From positions 1 through 32,877 of the forward strand of contig RFIY01000146.1 in assembly GCA_003695505.1 (NCBI GenBank): a DNA stretch of 32,877 nucleotides, in the 5' to 3' direction. This document shows positions 8,491 to 18,180 of this stretch, piece after piece. The notes under the pieces are model-generated. The model did no database searches. It was not told the origin of the DNA and saw only the letters and a program-made list of their open reading frames with translations. This stretch comes from Candidatus Dadabacteria bacterium. Its GTDB lineage: Bacteria > J088. The position numbers and the translations under genes are program-made. How positions within the stretch are numbered: position 1 is the stretch's first letter; each line of letters starts with the position of its first letter.

Positions 8491-9224
8491 GCACTTCCCC
8501 TGCTGAGATCGAGCATCTCGCGCATCTCGCGCACAGCCTCCGGAAAGCCGACAAAAAGCGCCCGTGCCACGATACTGTGGCCAATATTGACCTCTTCGAT
8601 TTCAGCAATCCGGGCGACCGGTTCAATGTTGCGCAAGTTCAGCCCGTGGCCGGCGTGGACATGCAAGCCCAGGCGCGCTGCCGCGCGGCACGCTTCGCGC
8701 AACTGGTTCAGCGCCGCCGTCGTGTCCTCACCGCGCGGGATGTTGCAGTAGGAGCCGGTGTGGAACTCGATCGCATCAGCACCCGCGCGCCGCGACTCCT
8801 TGATCTGCTGCAGGTCCGGATCGACAAACAGCGCTACCGAAATCCCGGCGTCGCGCAAATAACGGGTTGTATATGCGACATTGTCACGGTTTCCCACCAC
8901 ATCGAGCCCACCTTCGGTGGTGATCTCCTGTCGCCGTTCCGGGACCAGGGTAACCTGATCTGGCCGTACTTCGAGTGCGACGCTGACCATTTCCTGTGTC
9001 GCGGCCATCTCAAGATTCAACGGCACATGAAGAACATCACGGAGTACGCGCACGTCGCGATCCTGAATATGACGCCGGTCTTCGCGCAAGTGTACCGTGA
9101 TCTGGTCAGCGCCGGCCTGTTCTGCAAGAATGGCTGCCTGAACCGGATCCGGCTCGGCGATTTTGCGCGCCTCGCGTACCGTTGCGACATGATCGACATT
9201 GATCCCCAGTCGAATCCTCGTCAT
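8487..9224 (-). CDS. pdxJ: Pyridoxine 5'-phosphate synthase
   Basis: 245 aa. [39 protein letters not shown] and HAGHGLN are characteristic PdxJ TIM-barrel motifs. The ATG overlaps the glmM stop (9221..9224). Confidence 0.95.
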   Translation of the reverse strand: MTRIRLGINVDHVATVREARKIAEPDPVQAAILAEQAGADQITVHLREDRRHIQDRDVRVLRDVLHVPLNLEMAATQEMVSVALEVRPDQVTLVPERRQEITTEGGLDVVGNRDNVAYTTRYLRDAGISVALFVDPDLQQIKESRRAGADAIEFHTGSYCNIPRGEDTTAALNQLREACRAAARLGLHVHAGHGLNLRNIEPVARIAEIEEVNIGHSIVARALFVGFPEAVREMREMLDLSRGSA

Positions 9225-10597
9225 GACGCAGCCTCGCCCAGTTCCCGAAGCGCAACGTGTTCGATTTCGTCGGCAATTTCGCGAATCAGCGCCTCGTCTT
9301 CTCCTTCAACCTGAACGCGCAGGAGATCCTCCGTGCCGCTGTACCGGAGCAGGATGCGCCCTCTGCCCGCAAGCCGTTCGGTCGCGCGATGTTGCAGTTC
9401 AACGAGCGCGTCAACCTGATCCAGGGGTCTGCGTTCCGCGACGTAAAGATTTCGCTTGACCGACGGCACGCTCTGCATGATGGCGGCCAGCTCTGACAGC
9501 GGCATGCCGCTCTCCTGCATCACACGCAGAACCTGCAAGGCCGCCAGTATGCCGTCACCGGTCGTGCTATAGTCCAGAAAAATCAGATGCCCGCTGGACT
9601 CGCCGCCAAATGTCGCGCCGACTTCACGCATCCGCGCCGACACATACCGGTCGCCAACCGGCGTGCGCTCTACGCGCGCACCGAATGGCTCCAGCGCGAA
9701 TTCCAGTCCGATGTTACTCGCGACCGTGGCGACGACTGTGCGGTTTGGAAGACGATCGCGCTGTGCCAGATGCGCGCCAACGAACGCGAGGATTGCGTCG
9801 CCGTCGACGACGTTCCCCTTTTCATCAATCAGGATCAGGCGGTCTCCGTCTCCGTCGAGCGCAATCCCGAGATCAGCGCCGACCTCGACGACACGTTGCC
9901 GGGCCAGATCTGGCTCCGTCGAGCCAACGCCAAGGTTGATATTGGCGCCGTTGGGCGAAACGCCGACCGGATGCACATCCGCGCCCAGCTCCGAAAAAAC
10001 TTCGGGCGCCACTTTGTACGTTGCGCCATTTGCGCAATCGACGACGATCCGAACGCCGTCCAGTGTCATTTCGCGCGGAAAAGCACTCTTCAAGTAGACG
10101 ACATAGCGACCAACCGCGTCATCGATGCGATACGCCTTGCCGATTGCCTCAGGTGTCGCGAGCTGCGGTTGCAGTTCCTCCGGGTGTACCAGAAACCGCT
10201 CGATTTCGAGTTCGGCCTCGTCGCTCAGCTTGTAGCCGTAGCGGTCAAACAGCTTGATACCGTTGTACTGGTACGGATTGTGGCTTGCACTGATCACGAC
10301 CCCGGCGTCGGCCCGCATACCGGCAGTAATAAACGCAATGCCCGGCGTCGGCAATGGGCCGACCAGATAGACATCGCATCCGACCGAGACCAGTCCCGAC
10401 GCAATCGCGGTCTCGATCATGTAGCCGCTCAGGCGGGTATCTTTACCGATGACAATCCGGTGACGGTCGGGCGTCCGTTGGAACCAGGCGCCGATGGCCT
10501 GACCTGCGCGCAGCGCCGTCAGGCTGTCCATCGGTGCATCATTGGCAACACCCCGGATTCCGTCTGTCCCAAAAAACTGGCGCTTCGAACTTGTCAT
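9221..10597 (-). CDS. glmM: Phosphoglucosamine mutase
   Basis: 458 aa. [11 protein letters not shown], phosphoserine loop [13 protein letters not shown], metal loop ALDGDGDRL, sugar loop GGESSGH. Confidence 0.95.
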   Translation of the reverse strand: MTSSKRQFFGTDGIRGVANDAPMDSLTALRAGQAIGAWFQRTPDRHRIVIGKDTRLSGYMIETAIASGLVSVGCDVYLVGPLPTPGIAFITAGMRADAGVVISASHNPYQYNGIKLFDRYGYKLSDEAELEIERFLVHPEELQPQLATPEAIGKAYRIDDAVGRYVVYLKSAFPREMTLDGVRIVVDCANGATYKVAPEVFSELGADVHPVGVSPNGANINLGVGSTEPDLARQRVVEVGADLGIALDGDGDRLILIDEKGNVVDGDAILAFVGAHLAQRDRLPNRTVVATVASNIGLEFALEPFGARVERTPVGDRYVSARMREVGATFGGESSGHLIFLDYSTTGDGILAALQVLRVMQESGMPLSELAAIMQSVPSVKRNLYVAERRPLDQVDALVELQHRATERLAGRGRILLRYSGTEDLLRVQVEGEDEALIREIADEIEHVALRELGEAAS

Positions 10598-10601
10598 GTC
10601 A

Positions 10602-12446
10602 TCACTGTTCCGGTTTGGATACCGTTCCGGTCAACGCCGCCGGCGCAGTCACCGGCCCCAGCCCGGCCTGCGCCGCAGCGTATTCAAGATACTGCACGTC
10701 TTTCAGATTGGCACGTTCATTTTCCGTGATGACGCTCCATACGTCGAATGCTTCTTCCCAGCGCCCGAGCTTCATCAACAACCGCCCGCGCAAACGCTGC
10801 AATTCAAGATCATCTGGCCAGCTTGCCAGTGCCTCGTCCGCCAGTGCGAGTGCGTCCGTTGCCTGCTGAGCATACGCAAGGGCAACCACACCATTCCGAT
10901 ACAACCACAGGGGGTGGGCTCCCCGCGAATCATGCCAGACCGACACGGCCTGGGCCGCCTCTTCGAACGCGTGCGCCGCGACGCCTGCGACCGTCGCGGT
11001 AGCAGCAGCCGCCGGGCTGTTCGGTCGAATGCCACGCCAGTGTTGCGCGGCGTCCCACGCATCCGCGATCCGTTCCTCTTCGAGCCGCTTGTCTACCAGC
11101 CGCGGCCAGGCGTATTCGTTCCGTCGTTGGCGATCGGCATAGCGAACCAGTTCGGCTTCCTCCAGATCGAGGTGCCCGGCCGCATTATTCAGGGCCGCCG
11201 CCGCAAACATTCGCTGCGACGCAGCCACCTGCGAGGATGCGACGGCTGCAATCAGAGCCATTCCCGCTGCCAGCGCGCGCGCGAAACCGGAGGGGACAAA
11301 TGTTTGACCTGCCGCACGGCCATCCTCATCCACGAAAACGAACCCGAACAATAATCCGGTCAACAACGCCGTCGCAGGTGTCCAGGTGGGATCCGACGCC
11401 AGCGACAACAGAAGGAGTGCGACCATACCTGGCAGGGTAAAACGCCGATCGTTACGGCGGATCACAATGAAACCCCAAGCCAGCACGACGACGAGCAGAA
11501 GCAGACCGAGCCAGCCGCGCTCGACGAGTGCACCGACAAACCCGTTTTCGGGTGCGCGAAAGATGCGACCAGATTCATAGACGAGCACATCGAGGCGGCG
11601 CCCGACAAATGGCTCGATCGCCGCCGAAAATTCCCCACGCCCGGCGCCGAGCGGATGGTGCAGCGCCGCCAGCACCGAGGCCCCCGCCGTCCACGCGCGC
11701 AACTTCCAGACCAGCCCACCGCGAATGACGGCGACGACGGCGGCGACAGCCGTCGCCCCAATACCGACGAGTGCCGCCTGCTCCGTGAACAGACTGATCA
11801 ATCCGATCAACGCGATGACGCTGGCCGCCCCGGCGCCAAGGTCGATGCTCGCGCCGAGCACGATCAGGCCGACGGCACTGCCGACCGACCGCAGCCAGCC
11901 GGGCTGCGCGGCCTGCTTCGAGATACTCACTACCAGCACAAAGAGCAGCGCCGCGCATTCAACGGCCCTGGCCCCGCCAGCAAACTGGCGGGCGTGTCCG
12001 ACAGCCAGGGGATACCCATCGACCATCGGCGTCGCGGGCGCCCACCACACCGAACTGGCGACGATCACAGACGTCAGCAGCGCCGCGCCGAGCCAGCGCT
12101 CACGTTGCAAGCCATCCGCGTGCAGGATCGCAACGCCCGCAGCCATCCCGGCCAGCAGAATGATGTCGTTCCCGATGCCGAGCAACATCGTCATTCCCGG
12201 CGCAATGGCAGTGCCCGCGATCGCGCCGACAAGACCGGCCAACAGCCAGAGCAGCCAGACGACCAACACCCGTACCGATGGCAGCAGCGGCGCCACGGCA
12301 AGGAGGGGAACGGCGGCCAGCAATACAACCGTCTGCTCTCCAGGGCCTCCAAACCAGCCGCGGACCGCGCCCAGGGCGCAGAGGATGCCTACGAGGGGAA
12401 CGAATGCGAGCCAGGCGGGAAATCGAATCTCAGTTTGTTCGCTCAA
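10602..12446 (-). CDS. Polytopic membrane protein with Wzy_C/O-antigen-ligase-like loop and C-terminal TPR-like domain
   Basis: 614 aa (TTG start in the track; the start is uncertain). About 10 hydrophobic helices over residues 1-400. The loop HHPLGAGRGEFSAAIEPF...RAPENGFVGALVERGWLGLLLLVVVL resembles the GxGxG...aHN(x)nE.G..G segment of Wzy_C proteins. Residues ~410-590 are helical TPR-like (ALAYAQQATDALALADEALASWPDDLELQRLRGRLLMKLGRWEEAFDVW). The start overlaps the cdaR stop by 17 nt, and the stop lies 4 nt from the glmM ATG. Confidence 0.7.
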   Translation of the reverse strand: MSEQTEIRFPAWLAFVPLVGILCALGAVRGWFGGPGEQTVVLLAAVPLLAVAPLLPSVRVLVVWLLWLLAGLVGAIAGTAIAPGMTMLLGIGNDIILLAGMAAGVAILHADGLQRERWLGAALLTSVIVASSVWWAPATPMVDGYPLAVGHARQFAGGARAVECAALLFVLVVSISKQAAQPGWLRSVGSAVGLIVLGASIDLGAGAASVIALIGLISLFTEQAALVGIGATAVAAVVAVIRGGLVWKLRAWTAGASVLAALHHPLGAGRGEFSAAIEPFVGRRLDVLVYESGRIFRAPENGFVGALVERGWLGLLLLVVVLAWGFIVIRRNDRRFTLPGMVALLLLSLASDPTWTPATALLTGLLFGFVFVDEDGRAAGQTFVPSGFARALAAGMALIAAVASSQVAASQRMFAAAALNNAAGHLDLEEAELVRYADRQRRNEYAWPRLVDKRLEEERIADAWDAAQHWRGIRPNSPAAAATATVAGVAAHAFEEAAQAVSVWHDSRGAHPLWLYRNGVVALAYAQQATDALALADEALASWPDDLELQRLRGRLLMKLGRWEEAFDVWSVITENERANLKDVQYLEYAAAQAGLGPVTAPAALTGTVSKPEQ

Positions 12447-13341
12447 CGATGACCTCCGAGGGTTGAATGTCCATCAGCGCGACCTGCTCGGGAAGATCAA
12501 CCATAACCGGTAACCGCGCCCGCCCGCTGATCGGTCGCCTGACGTTGACATAGACTTCGACCGCCTCCGGTGTCAGTTTCTTGACCAGGTTCTCGGGTCC
12601 AAACACACGCACCGTGGCCCGGTCCGGCGACAAACGATACTGCTCCCTGGGGCCACGAACCTGAACCGGGACATCAGCAATCAGTCGTTCGACCATGACC
12701 GGAACGACCTTGACATACACATCGACTTCTCGCGTCGTAATGCTCTTGATATGCAGTGCATCGGTTTTGAGCTGCACCACGCCGCTCCAGTCGGTTTTGG
12801 CGCCGTGCAGGGGCAATGTCTCGGTTTCGAGGGCTTCCAGCCCGGCCAGCTCCGTTTTAGCGGCGACGATCTCGATACGTTCCGGCTCGATTTCGACATT
12901 GCCGATTTCGTAGCCGGGCGCAATGCTGTCTTCCGCAAGGATGGCCCGCACCGGCAGCATTTTTCGCTCCGTCTGCGCAAACTCGACCTCGATCACACTT
13001 GGGACGACACGCAGGACGTGCACGCCACGCGGCAGGCGAATTCGATCCGTCGAAATTCGCACTTCCTGGCGCCCCGGTCGCGCATCTTCGAAGTCGATCT
13101 TGTACGTTTGCGACTCGCGCTCCAGTGAAGCCAGCAACGTTCCCGGCCCTTCGACGACGACCTGCAGCTCGGGCTCTGGATCGCTGATCATGACGAGCTG
13201 CTCCGGTATGTTGGCGTACTGCAGTGGCACGCGCAGCGCAAGCTCATTGCGCGCTTCGACGCGAACGAAAACCCAGAGCACGATGGCAATCGCCAGGCTG
13301 AGCAACTTGAGCGGCCAGTTCGCAGTCAACCAGCGCATCAT
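12430..13341 (-). CDS. cdaR: YbbR-domain protein, CdaA regulator
   Basis: 303 aa. N-terminal anchor WPLKLLSLAIAIVLWVF followed by repeated ~80-aa beta-rich YbbR-like units. It sits immediately downstream of cdaA with an ATGA overlap (13338..13341). Confidence 0.85.
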   Translation of the reverse strand: MMRWLTANWPLKLLSLAIAIVLWVFVRVEARNELALRVPLQYANIPEQLVMISDPEPELQVVVEGPGTLLASLERESQTYKIDFEDARPGRQEVRISTDRIRLPRGVHVLRVVPSVIEVEFAQTERKMLPVRAILAEDSIAPGYEIGNVEIEPERIEIVAAKTELAGLEALETETLPLHGAKTDWSGVVQLKTDALHIKSITTREVDVYVKVVPVMVERLIADVPVQVRGPREQYRLSPDRATVRVFGPENLVKKLTPEAVEVYVNVRRPISGRARLPVMVDLPEQVALMDIQPSEVIVERTN

Positions 13342-14108
13342 GCAGCCTTCCTGTAGCCGGGCGCAAGCAGGTTCTGTAACCGGCTGCGCAATTCTTCCGG
13401 TTTCAAATCGAAGACAAGTTCCCCTTCGAGTGCCATCGAAATCGCGCCACTCTCTTCACTGACCACGAGCACAACCGCATCCGTATCCATGGCGACACCA
13501 AGTGCTGCGCGATGTCGGGTGCCAAAGTCACGTGGCAATTCCTGTTCCTGGGATAGCGGCAGGACGCACCCCGCAGCGACAATGCGCCCACCGTCAACGA
13601 TCGCCGCGCCATCATGTAGCGGCGTATGGGGAAAAAAGATCGTTTCCAGCAACTGCTGGCTCAGGACGGCGTCCAGCATCGTCCCGTGTTCCGTATAGTG
13701 GCCGAGCTGCGTCTGGCGGGCAATGACGATCAACGCGCCGCAATGCCGATCCGCCATCCTTGCGCAGGCGCGGACAAGTTCCTCAACCTGCTTCGTGACC
13801 TCTTCGCTGGTGGGGCCACCAAACAGCGGCGCACGGCCGACCCTCGCCAGCGCTCGCCGAATTTCGTTCTGGAAGAGCACGACGAGAATCAGGAACAGGT
13901 TGTCGACGAAGTGCGTCATCAACCAGTTCAGCGCCGCGAGCTCGAAGAACTGACTCATCAGGTAGGCAACGAAAATGACGAACAGGCCGAGCAGAATCTG
14001 CGCAGCCCGCGTACCGCGCATCATTTGCAGGACGCGGTAGATGATCGCCGCAACGACAATGATGTCGATGATATCGGTGATCCCGACCTGGATGCCGATC
14101 AGCTCCAT
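13338..14108 (-). CDS. cdaA: Membrane-anchored diadenylate cyclase (c-di-AMP synthase), CdaA type
   Basis: 256 aa. Three N-terminal TM helices. DAC domain with PLHDGAAIV (DGA) and FGTRHRAALG (RHR) motifs, plus VVSEESGAISMA. Confidence 0.93.
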   Translation of the reverse strand: MELIGIQVGITDIIDIIVVAAIIYRVLQMMRGTRAAQILLGLFVIFVAYLMSQFFELAALNWLMTHFVDNLFLILVVLFQNEIRRALARVGRAPLFGGPTSEEVTKQVEELVRACARMADRHCGALIVIARQTQLGHYTEHGTMLDAVLSQQLLETIFFPHTPLHDGAAIVDGGRIVAAGCVLPLSQEQELPRDFGTRHRAALGVAMDTDAVVLVVSEESGAISMALEGELVFDLKPEELRSRLQNLLAPGYRKAA

Positions 14109-14953
14109 TGCAGCGCTCCATCCAGTCGACAGGCGGCCTGAACGGCCTGTACTGCCCCATCGACGTCGTGAACCCGATGCACAATGCCCGGACGAGCGAG
14201 CTTCGCACAGATCGCATGCGTGGCCGGATCACGCTGATCAGCCGAGCGCGCCCCAAATGCGGTCATGCGTTTGCGGGATGCGCCAATCACGGTTACCGGT
14301 GCAGGCCGCGGCAACTGACCCGACGCGATCGCAGCAAGGAGCATCCAGCACTGCTCGGGCCGCTTCGCAAAACCGAGACCCGGGTCGAACCAGATACGGC
14401 TGTCACCGGCGCTAAAGCCCATCTGCTTCCTGGCGATGTTCCACTCCCGCACCACATCTTCGACCGGGCTTGCGTAGTCTGCACAGTCATCCATCGTTGC
14501 GGGTGTGCCGCGCGAATGCATCAGCAACAACACGACCCCGGCCTCCTGAACGCAACGAGCCAGCTCGGGATCCTGCCGTCCCATGGAGACATCGTTGACG
14601 ATTTCCACACCTGCCTCGATGCCGACGCGAGCCACCCTGGCGTCACGGGTGTCCAGACTGACAGGGACGCTGATGCGGTCAAGTTGCGAAAATAGCGGTT
14701 CCAGGCGCCGCAACTGCTCATCGGCCGACACAGCTTCGGCGCCGGGCCGAGTCGACTCGGCGCCCACGTCGAGCAAATCTGCCCCAGCTTCAACAAGCTG
14801 GTCAATCCGCTCCCGCAGCGCCCGTGCACCGGCGATCTCCCCGCCGTCCGAAAACGAATCTGGCGTCAGATTGATAATGCCCATGACCGCCGCGCGGTCG
14901 TCGGGAAGCTGCCAGGACCCGAGGCGAACGCTCTGGTACGCGAACATCGTCAC
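14099..14953 (-). CDS. folP: Dihydropteroate synthase
   Basis: 284 aa. VMGIINLTPDSFSDGG, LLDVGAESTRPGA, VSLDT and MHSRG are pterin-binding TIM-barrel motifs. The canonical position after ftsH supports the call. Confidence 0.93.
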   Translation of the reverse strand: MTMFAYQSVRLGSWQLPDDRAAVMGIINLTPDSFSDGGEIAGARALRERIDQLVEAGADLLDVGAESTRPGAEAVSADEQLRRLEPLFSQLDRISVPVSLDTRDARVARVGIEAGVEIVNDVSMGRQDPELARCVQEAGVVLLLMHSRGTPATMDDCADYASPVEDVVREWNIARKQMGFSAGDSRIWFDPGLGFAKRPEQCWMLLAAIASGQLPRPAPVTVIGASRKRMTAFGARSADQRDPATHAICAKLARPGIVHRVHDVDGAVQAVQAACRLDGALQWS

Positions 14954-14974
14954 CTCGACCAGACCCGGAACGGG

Positions 14975-16891
14975 TCAGGCCTCCTCGCCAGGAACATCTT
15001 CGTCATCGCGCGAGGATGCCGCGCCTGAATCGGGGTTCTCCTGTGCTACTTCGGTTTCCGCACGTTCCAGTCGAAATGCCGGTTCTCTGCCGACAAGGGC
15101 CACAAGATCTTCTGTCGACACCGTTTCGCGTTCGAGCAATGCCTCGGATACGCGGTCGAGCGCATCGCGGTGCTCGGTCAGGATCTTCACGGCGTCGTCA
15201 TAGCAGCGGGTCACGATGCCCCGCACCTCGCGGTCGATGGCGACCGCCGTGGCCTCGCTGTAATCCTTGACGGCAGCCAGATCACGACCAAGAAACACTT
15301 CGTCATTCCCTTTGCCAAAACGCAACGGCCCAACCGTATCACTCATGCCCCATTCGCAGACCATCTTGCGCGCCAGATCCGTTGCCCGTTCAATATCGTT
15401 ACCGGCGCCGGTCGTAATGGAATCGAACGCAATCTTCTCGGCCGCGCGCCCCCCCATCAGTACCCGAATCATCGTCAACAGGTAGGCCTTTGAGTATGTA
15501 TGCATCTCACGCTCAGGCAACTGCTGCGTCAGACCAAGCGCCATGCCGCGCGGAATAATCGTAACCTTGTGTACTGGATCCGCTTCCGGCTGAAACCAGG
15601 CGACCAGGGCGTGTCCGGCCTCATGCCACGCGGTGACCCGCTTTTCCTCGTCGCTCAACACGAGTGAACGACGCTCCGCGCCCATCAGAACCTTGTCCTT
15701 GGCCTCCTCGAAGTCGGCCATCGTCACCTTGCCCTCACCTGCGGCGGGGCCGTTGTGACGTCTGGCTGCCAGTAACGCGGCTTCGTTGACGAGATTCTCG
15801 ATGTCTGCCCCACTCAACCCCGGCGTGGCACGCGCGAGCGATTCGACATTGACATCTTCAGCGATGGGCACATGCTTCTTGTTGATGTGCACTTCAAGGA
15901 TCTGTTTGCGCCCCTTCCAGTCCGGCAGCGGCACGACGACACGCCGGTCGAAACGTCCCGGACGCAGCAACGCCGGATCAAGAACATCCGGACGGTTGGT
16001 CGCGGCGATGATGATGACCCCTTCGGATGAATCAATGCCATCCATCTCCACGAGCAACTGATTCAGCGTTTGCTCGCGCTCGTCGTGTCCGCCGCCGAGG
16101 CCGGCACCTCGATGGCGACCAACGGCATCGATCTCATCGATAAAGATGATGCACGGTGCGTTGCGGCGAGCCTGCTGAAACAGGTCACGCACGCGACTGG
16201 CTCCCACGCCGACGAACATTTCGACGAAGTCGCTTCCACTGATGCTGAAAAAGGGCACGCCGGCTTCTCCGGCGACGGCCTTGGCCAAGAGCGTTTTGCC
16301 GGTTCCCGGCGAACCGATCAGCAGGACGCCCTTGGGTATCCGTCCACCGAAGCGGGTAAATCGAGCCGGGTCGCGCAAGAACTCGACGATTTCACGCAGT
16401 TCTTCCTTGGCTTCGTCCACACCAGCCACGTCATCGAAGGTGATCTGCTGCGGGTTTTCATTGACGAGACGCACGCGCGCCTTGCCAAACGACATTGCCT
16501 TGCCCCCACCCGACTGCATCTGGCGGATCATCAGCACCCAGAGGCCAATGATCAGCAGCATCGGGAACCAGCTAATCAGCAGCGGTTTCCACAGTGGCTC
16601 TTCCGGCTCCGGCGTGACTTCGACTTCGACGTCGTGCGTGCGCAGGATCGACAGCAGCTCCGGGTCATCCGGAATGTACACTTCGAATGCGGTACCGTCG
16701 CTCGTTTTCCCGGTAACGTGGTGATCCTGAAGCTCGACCTCGGCCACCTGATCCTTTTCGACCCGGGAAATGAAGTCCGAATATGTCCAGCGCTCCGCCG
16801 TAACTGGTGGTGTGTGAAAGATGTTATACAACACCACCAGAAACAGAATCAGGATGAACCACAGCGCCAGGTTCCGATAGAAACTTTGCAA
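14975..16891 (-). CDS. ftsH: ATP-dependent zinc metalloprotease FtsH
   Basis: 638 aa. Two TM segments, Walker [19 protein letters not shown], Walker [33 protein letters not shown], zinc site HEAGHAL. The start codon at 16891 is TTG. Confidence 0.97.
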   Translation of the reverse strand: MQSFYRNLALWFILILFLVVLYNIFHTPPVTAERWTYSDFISRVEKDQVAEVELQDHHVTGKTSDGTAFEVYIPDDPELLSILRTHDVEVEVTPEPEEPLWKPLLISWFPMLLIIGLWVLMIRQMQSGGGKAMSFGKARVRLVNENPQQITFDDVAGVDEAKEELREIVEFLRDPARFTRFGGRIPKGVLLIGSPGTGKTLLAKAVAGEAGVPFFSISGSDFVEMFVGVGASRVRDLFQQARRNAPCIIFIDEIDAVGRHRGAGLGGGHDEREQTLNQLLVEMDGIDSSEGVIIIAATNRPDVLDPALLRPGRFDRRVVVPLPDWKGRKQILEVHINKKHVPIAEDVNVESLARATPGLSGADIENLVNEAALLAARRHNGPAAGEGKVTMADFEEAKDKVLMGAERRSLVLSDEEKRVTAWHEAGHALVAWFQPEADPVHKVTIIPRGMALGLTQQLPEREMHTYSKAYLLTMIRVLMGGRAAEKIAFDSITTGAGNDIERATDLARKMVCEWGMSDTVGPLRFGKGNDEVFLGRDLAAVKDYSEATAVAIDREVRGIVTRCYDDAVKILTEHRDALDRVSEALLERETVSTEDLVALVGREPAFRLERAETEVAQENPDSGAASSRDDEDVPGEEA

Positions 16892-17023
16892 CGAACCCCT
16901 CGTTTCCGGCAGACGATTTGCGGCAGGTTTTCGACTGCATTAGAGTATCAAAAAGCGCCCACGGCGCACAATAAATCACGACGAATCAGGCTGCTCCGCC
17001 CACGATTCCGAAAGGCATGCTCC

Positions 17024-17491
17024 ATGACCCGACTCCAACCCGGCCAGCCGGCGCCCGAAATCCGGCTGCTCGATCAGGATCAGAACGCCTTCCAGCTCTC
17101 GTCTCTGCGCGGCCGGACGGTGCTGATCTATTTCTATCCAAAAGCAGATACACCCGGTTGCACGACCCAGTCGCGCGCGCTTCAGGATGCACTGCCGGAA
17201 CTCGAGGCTCGCGGCGTTACCGTCGTGGGTATCAGCCCCGATGAGCCAGAAAAGCTTCGCGCGTTCGCAGACAAGTACGGCCTGACATTTCGCCTGCTAT
17301 CCGACCCAGATCATGAGGTCGCCGAGCAATGGGGCACATGGGGCGAAAAAAAGATGTATGGGCGCAGTTACATGGGGATCATTCGGTCGATGTTTCTTGT
17401 TGACCCCGAAGGCAACCTTCAGGGCGTATGGTACAAGATTTCCCCGAAGAAAACCGTGCCGACTGCACTGAAGGCGCTCGATCAATCCTGA
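17024..17491 (+). CDS. bcp: Thiol peroxidase / peroxiredoxin Bcp (PrxQ type)
   Basis: Only the last 155 codons of the 473-aa track ORF 16070..17491 are credible; the upstream part is antisense to ftsH. From ATG 17024: MTRLQPGQPAPEIRLLDQDQNAF...VLIYFYPKADTPGCTTQ (peroxidatic Cys)...VVGISPD. Confidence 0.9.
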   Translation: MTRLQPGQPAPEIRLLDQDQNAFQLSSLRGRTVLIYFYPKADTPGCTTQSRALQDALPELEARGVTVVGISPDEPEKLRAFADKYGLTFRLLSDPDHEVAEQWGTWGEKKMYGRSYMGIIRSMFLVDPEGNLQGVWYKISPKKTVPTALKALDQS

Positions 17492-18180
17492 CTGCGGAGT
17501 ACGCGGCGCCCCCAGCACAGCACGGCGACCGGAAACACCAGCCAGGGCGCGTTCGCCAGCACGAACTTCACGCCGACGTCGAATACCCTTGTCGTGTCGA
17601 CGTTCGGACATCCGGCAACGATCTCGCTGCCAAAATACAGGCTGGTCGCGTACAGATGCACGACCGCCTGCGCCATCCAGAGCAGCACCGCCTCGCGACG
17701 CTGGCGTGGCCGTCGGTGCCACAGCCACAATCCGGCCAGGCCGACGATGCCATTGCAGACAGACAGTAGCTCCATGACCCAAAGTACCGGGTCGGTCGTT
17801 CCATAACGCAGGTCGCCACCGTCGATATAGGCCCACCAGGGGTACGCCCACGCACTGTTCGCGGACGCAATGATCGCGTCACGCAGCAAAAGCCAGCCCA
17901 GCTCCCAGGTCAGGTGCGTCAGGCTGGTCAGCCAGACCCACGCACGCACCGTCCACTCCAGGCGGTGTGGCTGCCCCTTGCCGACCACACCGGGAACCAG
18001 CAACAGTGCCCAGATCCCACTCGCGTAAACAGCGGCCAGCATATCGGCGACCGCGCGACGATCCACACCGGCGTTGAACACACACGCCGCTGCCACCGGG
18101 AAGGCTACAGCGATCAGCCCCGCCAGACTCAGTTGCACGCGGCGCAGCGCTCGTGGAATGGCATGGTGCCTGATCTTCAC
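17482..18180 (-). CDS. EXPERA-domain (emopamil-binding-protein/sterol isomerase-like, TMEM97-like) integral membrane protein
   Basis: 232 aa with about 5 TM helices. THLTWELGW, WWAYIDGGDLRYG, VMELLS, HLYATSLYFGSE and LANAPWLVFP line up with recalled human EBP motifs (IHLVIEGWF, WKEYAKGDSRY, CMETIT, QIYGDVLYFLTE, FMNALWLVLP). The GTG start overlaps the stop of the upstream TPR gene (GTGA, 18177..18180). Confidence 0.7.
   Translation of the reverse strand: MKIRHHAIPRALRRVQLSLAGLIAVAFPVAAACVFNAGVDRRAVADMLAAVYASGIWALLLVPGVVGKGQPHRLEWTVRAWVWLTSLTHLTWELGWLLLRDAIIASANSAWAYPWWAYIDGGDLRYGTTDPVLWVMELLSVCNGIVGLAGLWLWHRRPRQRREAVLLWMAQAVVHLYATSLYFGSEIVAGCPNVDTTRVFDVGVKFVLANAPWLVFPVAVLCWGRRVLRSQD

Noticed and set aside
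9587-10729. 380-aa plus-strand ORF
   Set aside because: It is antisense to glmM, which has unambiguous SASHNP, DGDGDR and GGESSGH motifs. Its composition is Arg/Ala-rich with no motifs.
13338-14108. Diadenylate cyclase as part of a cyclic-nucleotide anti-phage defence system
   Set aside because: It is the membrane-anchored CdaA type, embedded in the housekeeping ftsH-folP-...-glmM synteny with its YbbR partner. No effector (TIR, patatin, endonuclease, TM-pore) is adjacent.
16070-17023. N-terminal 318 codons of the 473-aa ORF 16070..17491
   Set aside because: This part is antisense to ftsH. Only the last 155 codons, from ATG 17024, form a complete Bcp peroxiredoxin.
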